NCBI GenBank assembly: GCA_030538605.1
Contig: JAUNTQ010000007.1
Span: 10,259-74,258 of the forward strand
Origin: Pseudomonadota bacterium
Lineage (GTDB): Bacteria > Pseudomonadota > Gammaproteobacteria > Burkholderiales > Burkholderiaceae_C
Length of the DNA: 64,000 nucleotides
Direction of reading: 5' to 3'
In this document: in pieces, positions 23,422 through 33,454 of the stretch
How positions within the stretch are numbered: position 1 is the stretch's first letter
How the letters are laid out: every line of letters begins with the position of its first letter
Notes under the pieces: model-generated
The model's database searches: none
Told to the model about the DNA's origin: nothing
Seen by the model: only the letters and a program-made list of their open reading frames with translations
Made by a program: the position numbers and the translations under genes

Positions 23422-24408
23422 ATGAGCAGCCTCTACATCGACCGCCGCGACATCCACCTGCGGCACGACAGCGGCGCCATCGCCTTCTACGAAAACGGCC
23501 AGCGCAGCGCCACCGTTCCGCTCGCCCCGCTCACCCGCGTCATCCTGCGCGGCCACGTCAGCCTTGACGCAGGGCTGCTCGGCCACCTGGGCGAGCAAGG
23601 CATCGGCCTGCTCTTTCTCAGCGGCCGCCAGGGCCGCCCCCACCTGCTGCTCGGTCGCGCCCACAACGACGTCACCCGTCGCGTCGCCCAGACACGACTG
23701 AGCCTCGACACCGACTTCTGCCTGCGCTACGCCCGCCAGCTCATCCACGCCAAGATTGAAAGCCAGTGCCAATGGTTCGACACCCTGCGCAGCCAGCACC
23801 CCCAGGCACGCTACCCCCTCACCCACGCACTGCGCCAACTGCGCGAACACCAAGCCCGCCTGCCCACCGCCCCCCAACTCGACAGCCTGCGCGGCCTCGA
23901 AGGTGCCGCCGCCGCCAGCTACTTCGCAGGCCTGCGCGCCATCGTCCCCCCAAGCTGGAACTTCAGCCAACGCAACCGCCGCCCCCCGCGCGACCCCTTC
24001 AACGCCCTCATCTCCCTCACCTACACCCTCGTCATGGCCGAAACCGCCCTCGCCCTGCACACCGCTGGCTACGACCCCTGCATCGGCTACTACCACCAAC
24101 TCAGCCACGCCCGCGAATCACTCGCCTGCGACCTGCTCGAACCCCTGCGCCCCCTGGCCGACCGCCTGTGCCTGCGCCTGGCCAGCCAGCAAACCCTCAC
24201 CGCCGAACACTTTCGCACCACCGACGCCGGATGCATGCTCGGCAAAGCAGGCCGCGCGCGCTACTACAGCGCCTACGAAGAAAACGCCCGCCCCATCCGC
24301 CAGGCCCTTGCCGCCGAAATCAAAACCCTCGCCCACCTCGTCAACCCCGACCTGCCCGAACCCGCCACCCAACACCCCAGCACCCAAGCCACAAACAAGC
24401 CAACATGA
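23422..24408 (+). CDS. cas1: Cas1 integrase
   Basis: 328 aa; conserved GYDPCIGYYHQLSHARESLACDLLEPLRPL region. Confidence 0.9.
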   Translation: MSSLYIDRRDIHLRHDSGAIAFYENGQRSATVPLAPLTRVILRGHVSLDAGLLGHLGEQGIGLLFLSGRQGRPHLLLGRAHNDVTRRVAQTRLSLDTDFCLRYARQLIHAKIESQCQWFDTLRSQHPQARYPLTHALRQLREHQARLPTAPQLDSLRGLEGAAAASYFAGLRAIVPPSWNFSQRNRRPPRDPFNALISLTYTLVMAETALALHTAGYDPCIGYYHQLSHARESLACDLLEPLRPLADRLCLRLASQQTLTAEHFRTTDAGCMLGKAGRARYYSAYEENARPIRQALAAEIKTLAHLVNPDLPEPATQHPSTQATNKPT

Positions 24409-24773
24409 GCGAGCACATCATCTGCTACGACATAGCCAACCCGCGCCGCCTCGCACGCGTTCACAAGCTGCTCAAAAAGCAAGCCCTGCCGCTGCAATAC
24501 TCCGTCTTCCTCTTCAGCGGCACCGACACCCAGCTAAAGTCCTGCCTGACGCAACTCCAAGCCATCATCAACCCCCACGAAGACGACATACGCGCCTACC
24601 CCCTGCCCCAACGCGACCTGCGCCTCGTCCTCGGGCCATCCACACTGCCAGAAGGCATCACCCTGGGCAGCCTGCCCACAGACCCGACAAACCATCCCCC
24701 CCAGCCCCAGCCCCAGCCCACAGCAGCAGCCACCCCACCCAAGGCCCAACAAACACACCTCACCCACCTTTGA
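24405..24773 (+). CDS. cas2: Cas2 (canonical position, ATGA-coupled to cas1) with a Pro/Gln-rich tail
   Basis: MSEHIICYDIANPRRLARVHKLL...; C-terminal low-complexity PPQPQPQP tail. Confidence 0.75.
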   Translation: MSEHIICYDIANPRRLARVHKLLKKQALPLQYSVFLFSGTDTQLKSCLTQLQAIINPHEDDIRAYPLPQRDLRLVLGPSTLPEGITLGSLPTDPTNHPPQPQPQPTAAATPPKAQQTHLTHL

Positions 24774-24831
24774 AAAAACCGCTACCCGCATCTCCAAACA
24801 CTTGATTCACAAGCACTTTCCCCCGCCCGCA

Positions 24832-26865
24832 GCCCAAAACCAGCCCTGAATTCAAAGGGATTAAGACCGGATTGGCCGTCTGATGCGCTGGCTGGTGCTC
24901 GCCCAAAACCAGCCCTGAATTCAAAGGGATTAAGACCGCCCCTTCACCGGCAAATACGAACAGCACTGGGGCCCAAAACCAGCCCTGAATTCAAAGGGAT
25001 TAAGACGATGTTCGGCCCTCGCTTCAAAGTGGAGGACGGGCCCAAAACCAGCCCTGAATTCAAAGGGATTAAGACGCAGCATGGCTGCCTCGCACGCGGC
25101 ATCAGCCACGCCCAAAACCAGCCCTGAATCCAAAGGGATTAAGACTTTTCACGCAAGCTTCAGTCAATTTATTGTGAAGCCCAAAACCAGCCCTGAATTC
25201 AAAGGGATTAAGACACACCCTGGCCATCGGCTGGCGCGGCTCGAAGCCCAAAACCAGCCCTGAATTCAAAGGGATTAAGACGTTGATGAAGGCGTGGCAA
25301 TGCTCACTGCCCGCGCCCAAAACCAGCCCTGAATTCAAAGGGATTAAGACAACCCATGTTTCAGGGTTTTCCATGCGCTGTGGCCCAAAACCAGCCCTGA
25401 ATTCAAAGGGATTAAGACGTGAATCGGGACGCTGGGCATGGTATCGGTGGGTGGCCCAAAACCAGCCCTGAATTCAAAGGGATTAAGACGAAGCCATCGC
25501 GGGCCTTTCGGCTGTCGAACTTGCCCAAAACCAGCCCTGAATTCAAAGGGATTAAGACTTGACGGCGCGGTTCAGGGCGCCGGCGGTAGCCGCCCAAAAC
25601 CAGCCCTGAATTCAAAGGGATTAAGACCGGGGGCGGGGACGGGGGCGGCGGCAGCGTGCGCCCAAAACCAGCCCTGAATTCAAAGGGATTAAGACTGCAG
25701 GGTTTCCCACGTCTCTAGGGCGGAGCGGGCCCAAAACCAGCCCTGAATTCAAAGGGATTAAGACGGTTGGCCCCGGCGAGGTTGGCCCCGGCGAGGCCCA
25801 AAACCAGCCCTGAATTCAAAGGGATTAAGACCACTTGATTGGCGCTGGGTTGGTCGAGGTTGTGGGCCCAAAACCAGCCCTGAATTCAAAGGGATTAAGA
25901 CGCGCCGTGCGCGTCAATGGCGGCGCGGAATGCGCGCCCAAAACCAGCCCTGAATTCAAAGGGATTAAGACTGCGGCGCCCAAACAAACCGCCCTCAAAC
26001 TCACGCCCAAAACCAGCCCTGAATTCAAAGGGATTAAGACGCGGCAGCGGCAGCGGCAGCGTGCAGGGTTTCCCGCCCAAAACCAGCCCTGAATTCAAAG
26101 GGATTAAGACGCCTCGTGGCGTTTCGAGGCATGTATGTATTATGGCCCAAAACCAGCCCTGAATTCAAAGGGATTAAGACATGCCTTGGCTTCAGCCCCC
26201 TTTTTTGTGATGGCCCAAAACCAGCCCTGAATTCAAAGGGATTAAGACCTTGGCAGGCACAAAAGAGGCAGACAGGCGCGACCCAAAACCAGCCCTGAAT
26301 TCAAAGGGATTAAGACCATGCAACTGTCTCGCCTTCGCGTATTCGCACGCCCAAAACCAGCCCTGAATTCAAAGGGATTAAGACGCGTTCGGCGCAGGAA
26401 CAATCGCAGGAACACTCGCCCAAAACCAGCCCTGAATTCTATGGGAGTACGACGATGGAGGAGGTGATGCCGTGCGCCAGGTAGGCCCAAAACCAGCCCT
26501 GAATTCAAAGGGATTAAGACCTGGCGCACGCCGCGATCACGGCCCAGATTGCGGCCCAAAACCAGCCCTGAATTCAAAGGGATTAAGACAAGCCCCTGAC
26601 CGAAAAGCAGCGCGCGTTCGCCCGCCCAAAACCAGCCCTGAATTCAAAGGGATTAAGACGAACACGATGATTTTGTCATTGCTTGGCTGCTAGGCCCAAA
26701 ACCAGCCCTGAATTCAAAGGGATTAAGACTGTTTGAGGTGGGTGATCTCGTCGACGTTGTCGGCCCAAAACCAGCCCTGAATTCAAAGGGATTAAGACCG
26801 GGTGACCAGCGAGTGACGCACGATTTTTTGCCCAAAACCAGTCCTGAACTCAACGCGGCAGGCTC
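24832..26865 (+). CRISPR. CRISPR array: 29 full 36-bp repeats GCCCAAAACCAGCCCTGAATTCAAAGGGATTAAGAC plus a degenerate terminal repeat; spacers 31-36 bp; leader on the 5' (cas2) side
   Basis: Regular repeat-spacer periodicity of about 67-71 bp; one repeat variant (GAATCCAAAGG) and one degenerate internal repeat at 26418; terminal repeat degraded at 26830. Confidence 0.95.
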
Positions 26866-26948
26866 TCACTAATGGGCGCTATCGCCTGACCAAGCCATCG
26901 TCCGGCTGGGCCGCGCCGCACAACGCCCTCGAAAGGAATAAACCCGCA

Positions 26949-27431
26949 ATGTCCACCACCATCCACCGCTGGTCTCCCCACCCCCAGGCTCACTACGCCG
27001 AGCAGGCCACGTCAGACGAAATGGCCCGCGCCATCATCGACATGCCCACCACGCACTGGAACGTCGCCTGGCTCACCCTGCCGCCCGTGGCCGAATGGCA
27101 GCCGCTGCACATCGACATGCTCGAACAGAGCCTTGAATGCAAGATAGATACGAGCAAGCACATCTGCACCGTCGAGCGCTTGGCAACCCTTCCGGCGGTC
27201 CACTTCGCCACTCTCTCGCGCATCGGCAAATGGCTGCAACGCCCCCGCGTCATGGACTTGCGCAAAGACTGGCTTGAACACTGGAACACTCGCGCAAGGC
27301 AAGCCCGCTGGGGGCACCCCAACATCCTCAACATGATGATCGACGAGCCTGCCAACGGCGTTGAGGCTGCCCGCATCATCCTGAGCCGCTGGGGCTTCGC
27401 CAAGACTTTTCAGGACCCGCCCGGCACCTGA
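26949..27431 (+). CDS. Hypothetical protein (160 aa) inside the island, downstream of the array
   Basis: AAAGGAAT RBS 8 nt upstream of the ATG; no recognisable domain. Confidence 0.4.
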   Translation: MSTTIHRWSPHPQAHYAEQATSDEMARAIIDMPTTHWNVAWLTLPPVAEWQPLHIDMLEQSLECKIDTSKHICTVERLATLPAVHFATLSRIGKWLQRPRVMDLRKDWLEHWNTRARQARWGHPNILNMMIDEPANGVEAARIILSRWGFAKTFQDPPGT

Positions 27432-27556
27432 TACCTGGCACCTGACACTTGCCATGCCCCCCAACAAGCCAGCACCCTCGCCTGCCACCTCCAGCAGTTG
27501 CACCCCACGGCGAACGACCCGCCACCAGCCAGTCCCCCGTGCGCGGCTTCAGCGCC

Positions 27557-27691
27557 GAAGAAGGCGGCGTGTCGCACTTCAAATACCTGCGCGACAACAC
27601 CCTGCTGACGTGGATGCACACGCGCCTGTTCGCGGGCTTTTTGCTGCGGCTGCCGCTGCTGGCGTGGCGGCGTGTTTCAATAAAAAGATAG
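27557..27691 (+). pseudogene. Duplicated 3' end (last 45 codons) of the GT2 glycosyltransferase gene; right-hand direct repeat of the island
   Basis: 147 bp 100% identical to 9022-9168, including the stop codon and the first arm of the palindromic element. Confidence 0.85.
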
Positions 27692-27776
27692 CTGCTTGCG
27701 CATACTTTTAAATGATTTCAGACATAAAATCATTTTAAAATGCTTAATATCATACGCAAGCAGCTTCTTTTTTTCT
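27688..27776. repeat. Palindromic AT-loop element copy 2
   Basis: AGCTGCTTGCGCATAC...CATACGCAAGCAGCT arms with a nested AT-rich palindrome, flanked by A-run and T-run. Confidence 0.65.
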
Positions 27777-29055
27777 AGTACCTGGTGCCGCACTGGGGCA
27801 GCCAGCGGCGAATGAGCGGGGTGGTGATGACGGTGCTGACGATGGCCATGATGACGAGCATGGTGAACAGGTTCTGGCTGATGACGCCCAGGTCGTAGCC
27901 GACGTTGATGACGATCAGCTCCATCAGTGCGCGGGTGTTCATCATGATGCCCAGCACCTTGGCTTCTGCCTTGGGCATGCCCACGTGGCGCGCGGCCAGG
28001 TAGCTGCCGAAGAATTTGCCCGCGCAGGCCAGCCCCACCACCAGCGCGCACCAGCCCCACAGCTCGGGCGAGTCCAGTCCGCCGATGTGGGTGCGCAAGC
28101 CGGTGTAGGTGAAGAAGATGGGCAAAAAGAACACCGTCACGAAAGCGCCCATGCGCTCTTTCCACGCCGCGATCAGCCGGTGCTCGTCGTGCAGCAGCAC
28201 CCCCAGCATGAAGCCGCCGAAGATGGCGAAGATGCCCAGCTTGTAAGTCGTCATCGCGGCGACGAACACCGCCGCCAGCAGCACGCCCAGCAGCGTGTGC
28301 GGCAGCGCATCGACCCCCGCGCCGGGCGCGCCCTGCCCCCAGCGCACCAGCCGCTTCAGCAAAGGCCGCACGCCCCACCACGACACCGCCGCAAACAACC
28401 CCACCGCCGCCACGTTCAGCGCAAACACCCCCGCCTGAAACTGCGCCACCGCCAGCGCCGTGACCAGCGCCAGCAGCAGCCAGCCCACCACGTCGTTGAT
28501 GGCGGCGGCGCTGATGGCGATCACGCCCAGCGGGCGCTGCGTCAGGTCGAACTCCATCATGATGCGCCCCAGGATGGGCAGCGCCGTGATGGAAAACGCC
28601 GTGCCCACGAACAGCGCGGTGGCCAGCGGGCTGTGGCCCTCGCCGCCCAGAAACGGTGCCACCCACCAGCCCAGGCCGCAGCCCAGCGCAAACGGCAGCA
28701 GCAGCCCTGCGCTGGCCACCCACAGCACGGCGCGGCGGTTGCGCTTTTCGCTCAGGTGGCCAAAGTCGAACTCCAGCCCGATCTGGAACATGAGCAGGAT
28801 CAGCCCGATCTGCGACAGCACCTGCATCGGCTCGCCCGGCACCGAGTGAAACACGTAGTCGAACGCCCCCGGCGCCAGCAGCCCGAACAGCGACGGCCCG
28901 AGCAGGATGCCCACGATGATCTCGCCCACCGCCGCCGACTGCCCCCAGCGCACCGCCAGCACGCTGCCCAGCCGCCCGGCCAGCACCACCACGGTGAGTT
29001 GCAGCAGGGTGAAGTAGAGAACCAGTTCGGCCTGGTGAACGGCGGTGTCTTGCAT
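27775..29055 (-). CDS. Cation:proton antiporter (CPA family, Na+/H+ exchanger-like)
   Basis: 426-aa polytopic membrane protein, GEIIVGILLGPSLFGLL N-terminal motif. Confidence 0.8.
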   Translation of the reverse strand: MQDTAVHQAELVLYFTLLQLTVVVLAGRLGSVLAVRWGQSAAVGEIIVGILLGPSLFGLLAPGAFDYVFHSVPGEPMQVLSQIGLILLMFQIGLEFDFGHLSEKRNRRAVLWVASAGLLLPFALGCGLGWWVAPFLGGEGHSPLATALFVGTAFSITALPILGRIMMEFDLTQRPLGVIAISAAAINDVVGWLLLALVTALAVAQFQAGVFALNVAAVGLFAAVSWWGVRPLLKRLVRWGQGAPGAGVDALPHTLLGVLLAAVFVAAMTTYKLGIFAIFGGFMLGVLLHDEHRLIAAWKERMGAFVTVFFLPIFFTYTGLRTHIGGLDSPELWGWCALVVGLACAGKFFGSYLAARHVGMPKAEAKVLGIMMNTRALMELIVINVGYDLGVISQNLFTMLVIMAIVSTVITTPLIRRWLPQCGTRY

Positions 29056-29062
29056 GGGAGGG

Positions 29063-29160
29063 GAGGTTGGGCGTTGAGCGTTCGGCGTTGAGCGTGTTCG
29101 ATGCGCGGCGTTGGGTGGTTCCGGTTTTCGCGCTCAACGCTCAACGCCGAACGCTCAACC
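29063..29160. repeat. Long inverted repeat (22-bp stem) between fabG and the antiporter
   Basis: GTTGAGCGTTCGGCGTTGAGCG ... CGCTCAACGCCGAACGCTCAAC with a ~50-nt loop; the arms contain tandem GTTGAGCG units. Confidence 0.6.
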
Positions 29161-29169
29161 TGCCCCACG

Positions 29170-29913
29170 TCACTGGTACATGGCCCCGTTCACGCCGATG
29201 GTCTGCCCGCTGATGTAGCCGGCCTTGTCGCTGGCGAGAAAGGCCACCACGTCGGCCACTTCTTGCGGCTGGCCTGCGCGCCGCATGGGCACCAGGCGCT
29301 GGATGGCGGCGTCGTCAAACGCGCCGGCGCTCATCTCGCTGGCGATGATGCCGGGGGCCACCGCGTTCACCGTCACGCCGCGGCTGGCGCACTCCAGCGC
29401 CAGCGACTTCACCGCGCCGTGCAGCGCGCTTTTGGCTGCCGCATAGTTGGCCTGCCCCCGGTTGCCCGCCTGCCCGGCCACCGAGGTGATGGCCACGATG
29501 CGCCCCCAGCGCGTGCGCAGCATGGGCAGCATGAGCGGCTGCGCCACGTTGTAAAAGCCGTTCAGGTTCACGTCGATCACGCGCTGCCACTGCTCGGCGC
29601 GCATGCCAGCGAACACGGCGTCGTCGTGAACGCCCGCGTTGTGTACCAGCACCTGCACCGGCCCGGCGGCCAGCACGCCGGCCAGCGCGGCCTCGCACGC
29701 GGCGCGGTCGGTCACGTCGAAGCACAGCGCCTGGGCGCTGCCGCCCGCCGCGCCAATGCCCGCCACCAGCGCCTGCGCGCCATCACGGTTGCGGTTGGCA
29801 TGCACCAGCACGTGCAGGCCCTGCGCGGCCAATGCGCGCGCAATGGCGCTGCCGATGGCGCCGCTGGCGCCGGTGACGAGGGCACGGCGAGGGGGGGTGT
29901 CAGCAGTGTTCAT
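29170..29913 (-). CDS. fabG: 3-oxoacyl-ACP reductase (SDR)
   Basis: TGASGAIGSAIARALA Rossmann, NAGV, YAAAKSAL catalytic motifs. Confidence 0.85.
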   Translation of the reverse strand: MNTADTPPRRALVTGASGAIGSAIARALAAQGLHVLVHANRNRDGAQALVAGIGAAGGSAQALCFDVTDRAACEAALAGVLAAGPVQVLVHNAGVHDDAVFAGMRAEQWQRVIDVNLNGFYNVAQPLMLPMLRTRWGRIVAITSVAGQAGNRGQANYAAAKSALHGAVKSLALECASRGVTVNAVAPGIIASEMSAGAFDDAAIQRLVPMRRAGQPQEVADVVAFLASDKAGYISGQTIGVNGAMYQ

Positions 29914-30169
29914 GTGCAAAGAGCTTCATTTGGGACTTACGCAATTCAGGCAGATTTAACCGCCGGGCACCTTGAAATGCCTGGAGAAAATTCCTTTTTG
30001 CGCAAGTCGTGTCATTGAAAAATCCATCCGGCCTGCAAGCGACGGCAGGCCACACCCGCAACCCGCAGGGCGCAGCCCCGAAGGGATGGCGCCAGCGTCG
30101 GCGTGTCATCTGGCCGCAGCGCGTCGGAATCGCTGCGCGGTTCCGACCTACGGGCTGGGATGAAAGGTG

Positions 30170-30637
30170 TCAATCAGCGCCCTGCCCCGCATCCAGCATC
30201 ACCACCGCCCGCCCTTGCAGCAGCGCGCGGCCTGCGGCGTTGAGCTGAAAGGCATAGACGCAGTGGTCGCCGTTGTCGCTGTCGCACGTGGCGCTGACGG
30301 TGAGTTCTTCGGCGATGTCGTCCAGCCGCGTCACGTGCAGCGCCACCTGGCGCACGCTGATGAGCATGCCGCTGCGCGCCTTTGGCGTGCCGTGCATGTC
30401 GGCGCGCAGCGCGCCGTGCAGCGCCATCGCCTGCGCGGCGTATTCGATGCCGCAGGCCGCGCCCAGGCGGCCCGACTGGCGCAGGGGGTTGTCAGGCGCG
30501 CGGTGGCTGCGGGCGGTGCAGGTGATGGCGTCGGCGCTGGCGCTGGTCACGCCATCCAGCAGGCACATGCGGCCTTGGTGCGGAATGCGCGCGGCAATCC
30601 AGTCGCGGCCCTGGCCCGCGGCGGCGGCAAAGCTCAT
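30170..30637 (-). CDS. Hot-dog fold dehydratase (APE-type 3-hydroxyacyl-ACP dehydratase)
   Basis: About 155 aa starting MSFAAAAGQGRDW..., adjacent to the upstream KS stop; the longer ORF N-terminus is low-complexity. Confidence 0.55.
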   Translation of the reverse strand: MSFAAAAGQGRDWIAARIPHQGRMCLLDGVTSASADAITCTARSHRAPDNPLRQSGRLGAACGIEYAAQAMALHGALRADMHGTPKARSGMLISVRQVALHVTRLDDIAEELTVSATCDSDNGDHCVYAFQLNAAGRALLQGRAVVMLDAGQGAD

Positions 30638-31485
30638 GGCGCGGGCATGTCCGCAGCAGCAACGGCAGCAGGCAGTGGCCGCACCTGCACGCGCAGCACC
30701 TGCGGCGGCAGGTATTCGAGCGCCACCTCGCGCGCGCCACCGCCTGGCGACCAGAGCGCGGCCAGCAGCGGCAGGCCACGCAGGGGCGGCATATCGCAAG
30801 CGGCGCGGGCGCTGGTGGCATCGGGTGTGCCATCGGCCAGCGCGCCACGGCAGGCGATGCGCAGCTCGGCCAGCGCGCGCGGGCCTGGCGCGGGGGCCAG
30901 CACCAGCGCCAGCGCGCTGGTGTCGGCGATGGGGCGCTTGGCGTGCAGCGGCGCGGGGTATTCGCTGTCAGCCGCCACCAGCAGCACGGGTGCGCCGCTG
31001 GTGGCCACTTGCGTCATGGCTTCAAGCAGGCCGGCGGCAAAGCTGCCGTCGTGCGCGCCCAGCACCTGCGCCGCAGGCGTGGCACCGGTGGCGATGGACC
31101 AGTAGCCAGAGGCGGCGTTGTGCACCGAGTTGTGAAAGCGCGTGGGCGAAATGCGCGTGTCGCCGCTGGCCAGTTGCGCGCACAGGGCGTGGCAGTTGTG
31201 GCCGTCGCCGCCCGAGCTGGCGAACACGTTGGCCAGGCTGGCTGGCTCGCGGCCCGCCATGCGGCAGGCTTGCAGCCCGGCGGCCAGCGCAGCCTTGACG
31301 ATGCGGCTGGCGCGGCGGCGCTCGGCAGCGGGCAGCAGCTCGGGCGCGGGCAGCGCGGTGGGCGAAAGGGCGTGGGCTTGTTCGCCACGCAACACGGCGC
31401 GCGCCTGCTGCGCGTCGGCCAGGCCGGGGGCCACTATGCCAACGCCTTCAACCCAGGCGCTCAAGTGCGGTGCGGTGTGGCTCAT
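30634..31485 (-). CDS. Beta-ketoacyl synthase-like protein lacking an obvious active-site Cys context (chain-length-factor-like)
   Basis: KS-fold similarity (SGGDGHNCHALCAQLASG), translationally coupled to the downstream KAS. Confidence 0.65.
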   Translation of the reverse strand: MSHTAPHLSAWVEGVGIVAPGLADAQQARAVLRGEQAHALSPTALPAPELLPAAERRRASRIVKAALAAGLQACRMAGREPASLANVFASSGGDGHNCHALCAQLASGDTRISPTRFHNSVHNAASGYWSIATGATPAAQVLGAHDGSFAAGLLEAMTQVATSGAPVLLVAADSEYPAPLHAKRPIADTSALALVLAPAPGPRALAELRIACRGALADGTPDATSARAACDMPPLRGLPLLAALWSPGGGAREVALEYLPPQVLRVQVRPLPAAVAAADMPAP

Positions 31486-32699
31486 GGCGCAGCCTCGCGC
31501 GTCAGCAGCAGGCTGGCGTTGCTGCCGCCAAAGCCGAATGAATTCGATAGCACGCAGCGCAGTTCAGGCAAGCGCTGCGGCTGCATGTTGATGTGAACCG
31601 GCAGGGCCGCATCAGGCGTTTGCGTGCCCACGCTGGCGGGCAGCAAGCCGTGGCGCAGCGCCAGCGCACTGACGACGGCCTCGACCGCGCCCGCAGCGCC
31701 GAGCGTGTGGCCCGTCATGCCTTTGGTGGAGCTGCACGGCACGCCGGGGTGGCTGGCAAACACGGCGGCCACGGCGGCGCTTTCGGCGGCGTCGTTGGCG
31801 GGGGTGGCGGTGCCGTGCAGGTTGATGTAGCCCACGTCGGCAGCAGCCAACCCGGCGCGCGCCAGCGCCTGCTGCATGGCCGCGCGCGCGCCACGCCCTT
31901 CGGGGTGGGGGGCAGACATGTGGTGCGCGTCGCTTGACTCGCCCCAACCGGCCAGCACGATGTGGCCGCCGGGCGCGCGCGCTGAGGCACTGGCACGCTC
32001 AAGCAGGGCAAAGGCCGCCGCCTCGCCGATCGACAGCCCCTGGCGCTGGGCGTCGCACGGGCGGCAGGGGCCGGGCGCGGTCAGCTCCAGCGAGGCAAAG
32101 CCGTGCAGCGTGGTCAGGCACAGCGAATCCACGCCGCCCACGATGGCCGCATCGGCCAGCCCGGCAGCGATGAGCCGGTCTGCCGCCGCAAACGCCTTGG
32201 CCGACGACGAGCAGGCCGTGGACAGCGTGAACGCCGGCCCGCGCAGGCCCAGCAGGTCGCGCACGAAGGCCGTGACGGAGGCCGTGTTGTGCGTGGCCCG
32301 GTAGTCGAACCACGCGGGCAGCGCGCCGCTGGCGTCGCGCGCGCGGTAGGCGGCTTCTGCCGACAGGATGCCCGAGGTGCTGGTGCCCAGCACCAGCGCC
32401 ACGCGGTCTGCTCCGTGGCGGGCGATGGCCGCGCGCGCGGCATCGGCAAAGCCGTCGGCCTGCAAGCCAAGCAGGGCCAGGCGGTTGTTGCGGCAGTCGC
32501 AGGCAGACAAGGCAGGCGGCAGGGCCACATCGTCCACGCTCGGCACTTCGCCCATCCACGTGGGCAAATCGGCCGCGCCGGCGAAGTCGCAGGCTTTCAG
32601 GCCGCTGCGCCCTTCGCGCAAGGCGGCCAGCAGCGGGGCGCAGCCCACGCCCAGGGCGGTGGTGGCGGTGAAGGCGCTCAAGACCGGCGGGGTGCTCAT
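31482..32699 (-). CDS. Beta-ketoacyl-ACP synthase (KAS I/II-like)
   Basis: Active-site TACSSSAKAF Cys and HGTATPANDAAE His motifs. Confidence 0.85.
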   Translation of the reverse strand: MSTPPVLSAFTATTALGVGCAPLLAALREGRSGLKACDFAGAADLPTWMGEVPSVDDVALPPALSACDCRNNRLALLGLQADGFADAARAAIARHGADRVALVLGTSTSGILSAEAAYRARDASGALPAWFDYRATHNTASVTAFVRDLLGLRGPAFTLSTACSSSAKAFAAADRLIAAGLADAAIVGGVDSLCLTTLHGFASLELTAPGPCRPCDAQRQGLSIGEAAAFALLERASASARAPGGHIVLAGWGESSDAHHMSAPHPEGRGARAAMQQALARAGLAAADVGYINLHGTATPANDAAESAAVAAVFASHPGVPCSSTKGMTGHTLGAAGAVEAVVSALALRHGLLPASVGTQTPDAALPVHINMQPQRLPELRCVLSNSFGFGGSNASLLLTREAAP

Positions 32700-33454
32700 G
32701 TCGCAGCCTCATGAACAAGCGGCACGCGGGCGATCAGCAGGGTGTTGGCAAAAGGCGGGCCGCCCTCGGTGGCGGCCACTTGCACGTCAAAGCCCAGCGC
32801 CTTGAGCTTGCCCACCCACACGGGCATCGGGTGGCCATAAAGGGGCGACACGCGGTGGCCGCGCACCACGGTCACGGCCTGGTCCACCCAGCGGCTCAGG
32901 CGAAAGCGCAGGCCCCGGCCCGCATCGCCCACGCGCGCCACCAGCACGCCGCCGGGCGCAAGCGCGGCGCGCACGCGGCGCAGCACGTCGTCTTGCCGGG
33001 CTTCGTCAAAGTAATGCAGCACGTCGAGGAGGGTGACGGCATCTGCCGTGCCGAAGGCGGCGGAGGTGATGTCGCCTTGCTCGATGCGCACGCGCGGCTC
33101 GCCCGCAAAGGGCGGCTGCGCGCGGGCCACGTCGCGCGGCATCAGCTCCAGCCCGCGCAGCTGGGTGAGGTGTGGCGGCGCGGGCCAGCCGGCAGGCCAT
33201 GCGCCGCGCTCGAACGCGTCGCGCGCGGCCAGCAGCCACGCAGCCAGCACGGCCTGGCCGCAGCCCAGATCAAGCAAGCGCCCGCCGGTTTGCAACGCGC
33301 CCAGGCGCAGCAGGTCGATGAAGAGCGGGTCCATGCCCAGCTTGCCGCGCGCGAAGTGGTAGGCAAAGCGGCCCGCAGGCTGGTAGCGCGCGCTGGCGGC
33401 ATCGACCAGCGCGCGGTGCAGCGCGGCGGGGGTGATGGCCGTGCTGGCGCTCAT
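32696..33454 (-). CDS. SAM-dependent methyltransferase
   Basis: LLDLGCGQAVLA motif I; start MSASTAITPAAL at 33454, since the longer ORF N-terminus is Arg/Pro-rich junk. Confidence 0.7.
   Translation of the reverse strand: MSASTAITPAALHRALVDAASARYQPAGRFAYHFARGKLGMDPLFIDLLRLGALQTGGRLLDLGCGQAVLAAWLLAARDAFERGAWPAGWPAPPHLTQLRGLELMPRDVARAQPPFAGEPRVRIEQGDITSAAFGTADAVTLLDVLHYFDEARQDDVLRRVRAALAPGGVLVARVGDAGRGLRFRLSRWVDQAVTVVRGHRVSPLYGHPMPVWVGKLKALGFDVQVAATEGGPPFANTLLIARVPLVHEAAT

Noticed and set aside
29897-30170. A gene between fabG and the dehydratase (the ORF 30170-30799 extends to 30799)
   Set aside because: The N-terminal 54 residues of the long ORF are Ala/Arg/Cys-rich junk overlapping the KS gene. 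The internal ATG at 30637 next to the KS stop was chosen as the start.
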